A DNA stretch of 64,000 nt, from the IMG/VR virus record IMGVR_UViG_3300047160_003616, positions 12,649 to 76,648 of that record; one strand, 5' to 3'. Under the pieces are notes generated by a model. That model saw nothing but the letters and a program-made list of their open reading frames with translations. It was not told the DNA's origin and ran no database searches. Source of the stretch: a virus (Duplodnaviria; Caudoviricetes). The position numbers and the translations under genes are program-made. Position 1 is the stretch's first letter. Each line of letters opens with the position of its first letter. Of this stretch, positions 61,297 through 64,000 are shown one piece after another.

Positions 61297-63063
61297 TCAC
61301 GGGGTCGCTACCCGCCGCAGGACAACCCCTTGATAGACGGCCAGCTGATTGTCGGCGAGCTTGAAGTCGGCGACCTCACTGACCGCGGGGGAGGGATCGG
61401 AAGAGTTGTTGAAGATCTGGATGCCATAGGCCAGCGGGGCATCGGCACTCTGGGTGACCTTGCAGTCCACCACCCCCAGCGTCTGCTGCACGTACATGGT
61501 GATCACCGACAGCTTGACGCTGACCCCGAAAGGCATGGAGTTCCAGAACGATTGCATCCGGGTGATGATGTTGGAATTGACCGTGGCCACCGAGTAGGTG
61601 CGGTCGTATTCGATGTCCAGGCAGGGCTGCAGGTAGGCGAACGTGCCCTGGTGCACCATCACATCGGTGGTGATCTGTTTGGCCGGAGCGATCAGCGCGC
61701 CCAGCAGCTGGGGCACCTGGTTGTAGACGTAGTCCAGCGTCACCGGGGTGCCGGTGGACGGCCCGGCCGAGGACCATTCCACCCCGGCCACCTCGGCGGC
61801 CGAGCCTTTCAGCAGGGTGGTCGGGTTGGGGCTGCCCGGATTGGTGTTGGGGGCCAGCAACCAGTAGTGGGTGCCCCGAGTGTAGACCACCCCGCCGATG
61901 GTCAGCGTGGACGGGAAACTCACCACCGGCACCGAGCCCAGTCGCATGAACCGATTGCCCGCGGTAGGAGACCCCGCCGACCCGACGCGCTCAAAGTTGT
62001 CGGTGTAGAGCGCGTCCGAGGTCAGCGAGGACAGCGTGGCGGCGCTGACCGAGGTCGCCTCGGTGACCGCGAAAGGTGAGACCCCGTCGACAAAGATGTC
62101 CACTTTGTTGCAGATGCCGTTGAGCGGATTGTTGCGGCTGCTCTTGGTGGTGTACTGGAACTCCAAGTCCACGATGTTGCCCGGCACCAGTGCCCCACTG
62201 GAGATGGTGGTGAACTGCGGGCTGGTGCCCGCGGTGTAGATGTAGTCGTTGATCGGGGAGTAGAAGGTCTCGTTCTCCTGGCCCAGCTGATCAAACACCG
62301 ATTCCATGGCGGGCCAGGCGTATTTGACATCCTGATTGACCGGCAGGATCACCTCGGTGGTGGGTACCGGGATCTGGGTTTTGTATAGCGAGAGCGGGCC
62401 ATACACCGCCACCCGGCTCACGTTGTTGTTCTGCTGGCACAGCGCCTCGTAGTAGTCGGAAGTCCCGGCCATGTTGCGCAGCAGGGTGTCCTTGAAGCGC
62501 TGGCGCAACTCGGCGTCGGTCTCCGGGTCCACCCCGCCTGTCATCGCGCCCAGGTTGGTCACCGTGGACCCGCCGATCACATCACCCACGTAGGTGATCG
62601 AATTGGGCGGCACGTTGCCCGTAGAGCCCACCACGGTGCACTGCACGGGCACGTCGCAGTTGAGGTTGCCGGTGGTGAGCACCACCGCCTGGGTGGAGGC
62701 GAAGTAGAGCGTGGTGATCATCCCGGCCAGCCCCGGCGTGGTGTAGAACTGGGTGCCCAGCTGGAAGGTGTAGTCCTGGGTCGAGGGCATGGTGACGGTC
62801 ACCCGCACCACTCCGGTGGCCGCCTGCCCCTGCAGGCGGCCGAACCCGAAGATGCCCACGAACTGCTCCAGCTCGGCCCCGGATTTGGTGTCGATGTCCA
62901 ACAGGGAGCCCACCAGATACTGGGCCACCGAGGCTTCTGAGATGCACTCGGCCACCGCGTCCACGATCTTGCGCTCGGGGGTACCGACCTCGCAGGACAA
63001 CGTGGGCATAGTGTTGGCCAAAGTGGCCAACATCTGTTGGGAATACTGCGTGGGGGTGGTCAT
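61297..63063 (-). CDS. Baseplate J-like protein
   Basis: G.EL..FV..FGF.RL.G..ATG.V; V.C...G..GNV; GG.D.ETDAELRQR. Confidence 0.9.
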   Translation of the reverse strand: MTTPTQYSQQMLATLANTMPTLSCEVGTPERKIVDAVAECISEASVAQYLVGSLLDIDTKSGAELEQFVGIFGFGRLQGQAATGVVRVTVTMPSTQDYTFQLGTQFYTTPGLAGMITTLYFASTQAVVLTTGNLNCDVPVQCTVVGSTGNVPPNSITYVGDVIGGSTVTNLGAMTGGVDPETDAELRQRFKDTLLRNMAGTSDYYEALCQQNNNVSRVAVYGPLSLYKTQIPVPTTEVILPVNQDVKYAWPAMESVFDQLGQENETFYSPINDYIYTAGTSPQFTTISSGALVPGNIVDLEFQYTTKSSRNNPLNGICNKVDIFVDGVSPFAVTEATSVSAATLSSLTSDALYTDNFERVGSAGSPTAGNRFMRLGSVPVVSFPSTLTIGGVVYTRGTHYWLLAPNTNPGSPNPTTLLKGSAAEVAGVEWSSAGPSTGTPVTLDYVYNQVPQLLGALIAPAKQITTDVMVHQGTFAYLQPCLDIEYDRTYSVATVNSNIITRMQSFWNSMPFGVSVKLSVITMYVQQTLGVVDCKVTQSADAPLAYGIQIFNNSSDPSPAVSEVADFKLADNQLAVYQGVVLRRVATP

Positions 63064-63480
63064 TTAGACTCCTGCGGTGATACCGACCCGGGCCGGTTGC
63101 TGCACGGCGTTGGCGACATCCACGGCCACCTGGACCTGGTCGTAGCCCACCGCCACATTGACGTTATTGATGTTCCACAGCAGCTCATCCAGGCTGTAGA
63201 GCGTGGGGTTGGCCTTGAATCCGGCCATCTGCACGATCTGGTAGTTGTCCAGCACCCGCATCGCCTCGGAGTACACCAGCGACTGGGTGGCGTAGCTGAT
63301 GATGCCGCCGATGTAGTTCTGGAAGTTGGACCCCATGGCCGGGTGGAAGCGGTCGATGCCGAACCGCTCGGTCATCCACAGGGTCATGTCCTGGATGAGT
63401 TTGTTGGTGCCGTAGACGATGCCCAACTGGCTGCCCTGCAGCACCAGGTCACCGTTTTGCACCATGAAGGAGAAGGACAT
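63064..63480 (-). CDS. Baseplate wedge gp25/W-like protein
   Basis: F..QNGDL, G..KL.QD...W..E..G..RFHP..GS. Confidence 0.8.
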   Translation of the reverse strand: MSFSFMVQNGDLVLQGSQLGIVYGTNKLIQDMTLWMTERFGIDRFHPAMGSNFQNYIGGIISYATQSLVYSEAMRVLDNYQIVQMAGFKANPTLYSLDELLWNINNVNVAVGYDQVQVAVDVANAVQQPARVGITAGV

Positions 63481-63708
63481 CTATCCGCCCCCCAACAGGT
63501 TGGCGGCGATGCTGGACTGGATCTGTGGCTGGGCCAGCTGAGCCAGCACGCTCGCCAAAGACATGGCCAGGCGCTGGATCTGCAGGCGCTGCTCCTCACG
63601 CATCCAATCCAGGAAGGCGATCTTGTCCTCCAATAATTTGATCTTGATTTCGGGGTTGGCCTCCTGCTTTTGAGGGGTGCCGCTGCCGTTGCGGGTTTGG
63701 GTGGGCAT
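63481..63708 (-). CDS. Coiled-coil hypothetical protein
   Basis: 75 aa; AAGGAG upstream. Confidence 0.65.
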   Translation of the reverse strand: MPTQTRNGSGTPQKQEANPEIKIKLLEDKIAFLDWMREEQRLQIQRLAMSLASVLAQLAQPQIQSSIAANLLGGG

Positions 63709-63730
63709 TGTTACTCCTTCTTTTTATGGG

Positions 63731-64000
63731 CTACGACTGCTCCGACACGGTGTAATAAGCATCGACATCGTTCTGGGTGATCCTTATCGGATTGCGCGTG
63801 TCGTAGGCCAACCAGTCGGTGTACTCGATGATGACTGCGGGATAGCCGGTGCGTTGAAACACCAGATACCAGTCTGGCGGGACCTTCTCGCTCTGCGGGT
63901 TGGGGCTGTTGGTAGGGAACCATCCACCATCTTTGCCGCCAGTATCAACGTAAACCAAATTGCACCCGGCGAATATATCAAGAATACTTTCCTGAACAAA
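63731..64000 (-). CDS. C-terminal part of a gene starting outside the window
   Basis: Frame open from 64000 (FVQESILDIFAGCNLVYVDTGG...). Confidence 0.6.
   Translation of the reverse strand, partial: FVQESILDIFAGCNLVYVDTGGKDGGWFPTNSPNPQSEKVPPDWYLVFQRTGYPAVIIEYTDWLAYDTRNPIRITQNDVDAYYTVSEQS

Overview
High-GC window from a large actinobacteriophage, probably a mycobacterial myovirus: DUF732-like gene, and baseplate J and gp25-like genes at the right end. Essentially all genes are on the minus strand. Layout: about 1-21 kb small accessory genes; 22-37 kb replication/recombination (sigma-like factor, RusA, Cas4-like exonuclease, RecA, DnaE, SSB, primase, DnaB); 37-52 kb small accessory genes with an SNF2-like helicase, HNH nucleases and a PTH2-like gene; 52.8-55.2 kb Ro60 with six Y RNA-like elements; 55-64 kb baseplate/tail genes. 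Top candidate system (16.6-18.5 kb): a stand-alone Cas7/RAMP-like gene, a coupled HTH/coiled-coil gene and an array of six GGC-NN pentamer-repeat units ending at a terminator, with a seventh orphan unit at 61.1 kb. Read as codon positions 1-2, the variable dinucleotides spell protein motifs (SVTTIL.AL and YGYAGTLDL) typical of a phage exonuclease family. This suggests wobble-tolerant, gapped RNA-guided targeting of competing phages. I recall VIPR-type systems with this layout being reported but cannot verify that here. Other signals: a family of GGAAY-N18-GTT (SigE/SigH-like) promoters, a CAACCAGGAGG start-associated motif, dispersed GGGCCCCC-GNA-GGGGGCCC hairpins, an ATG-TAG in frame ahead of the PTH2-like gene, and several structured non-coding regions. 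All family assignments are by motif recognition; no database searches were run.
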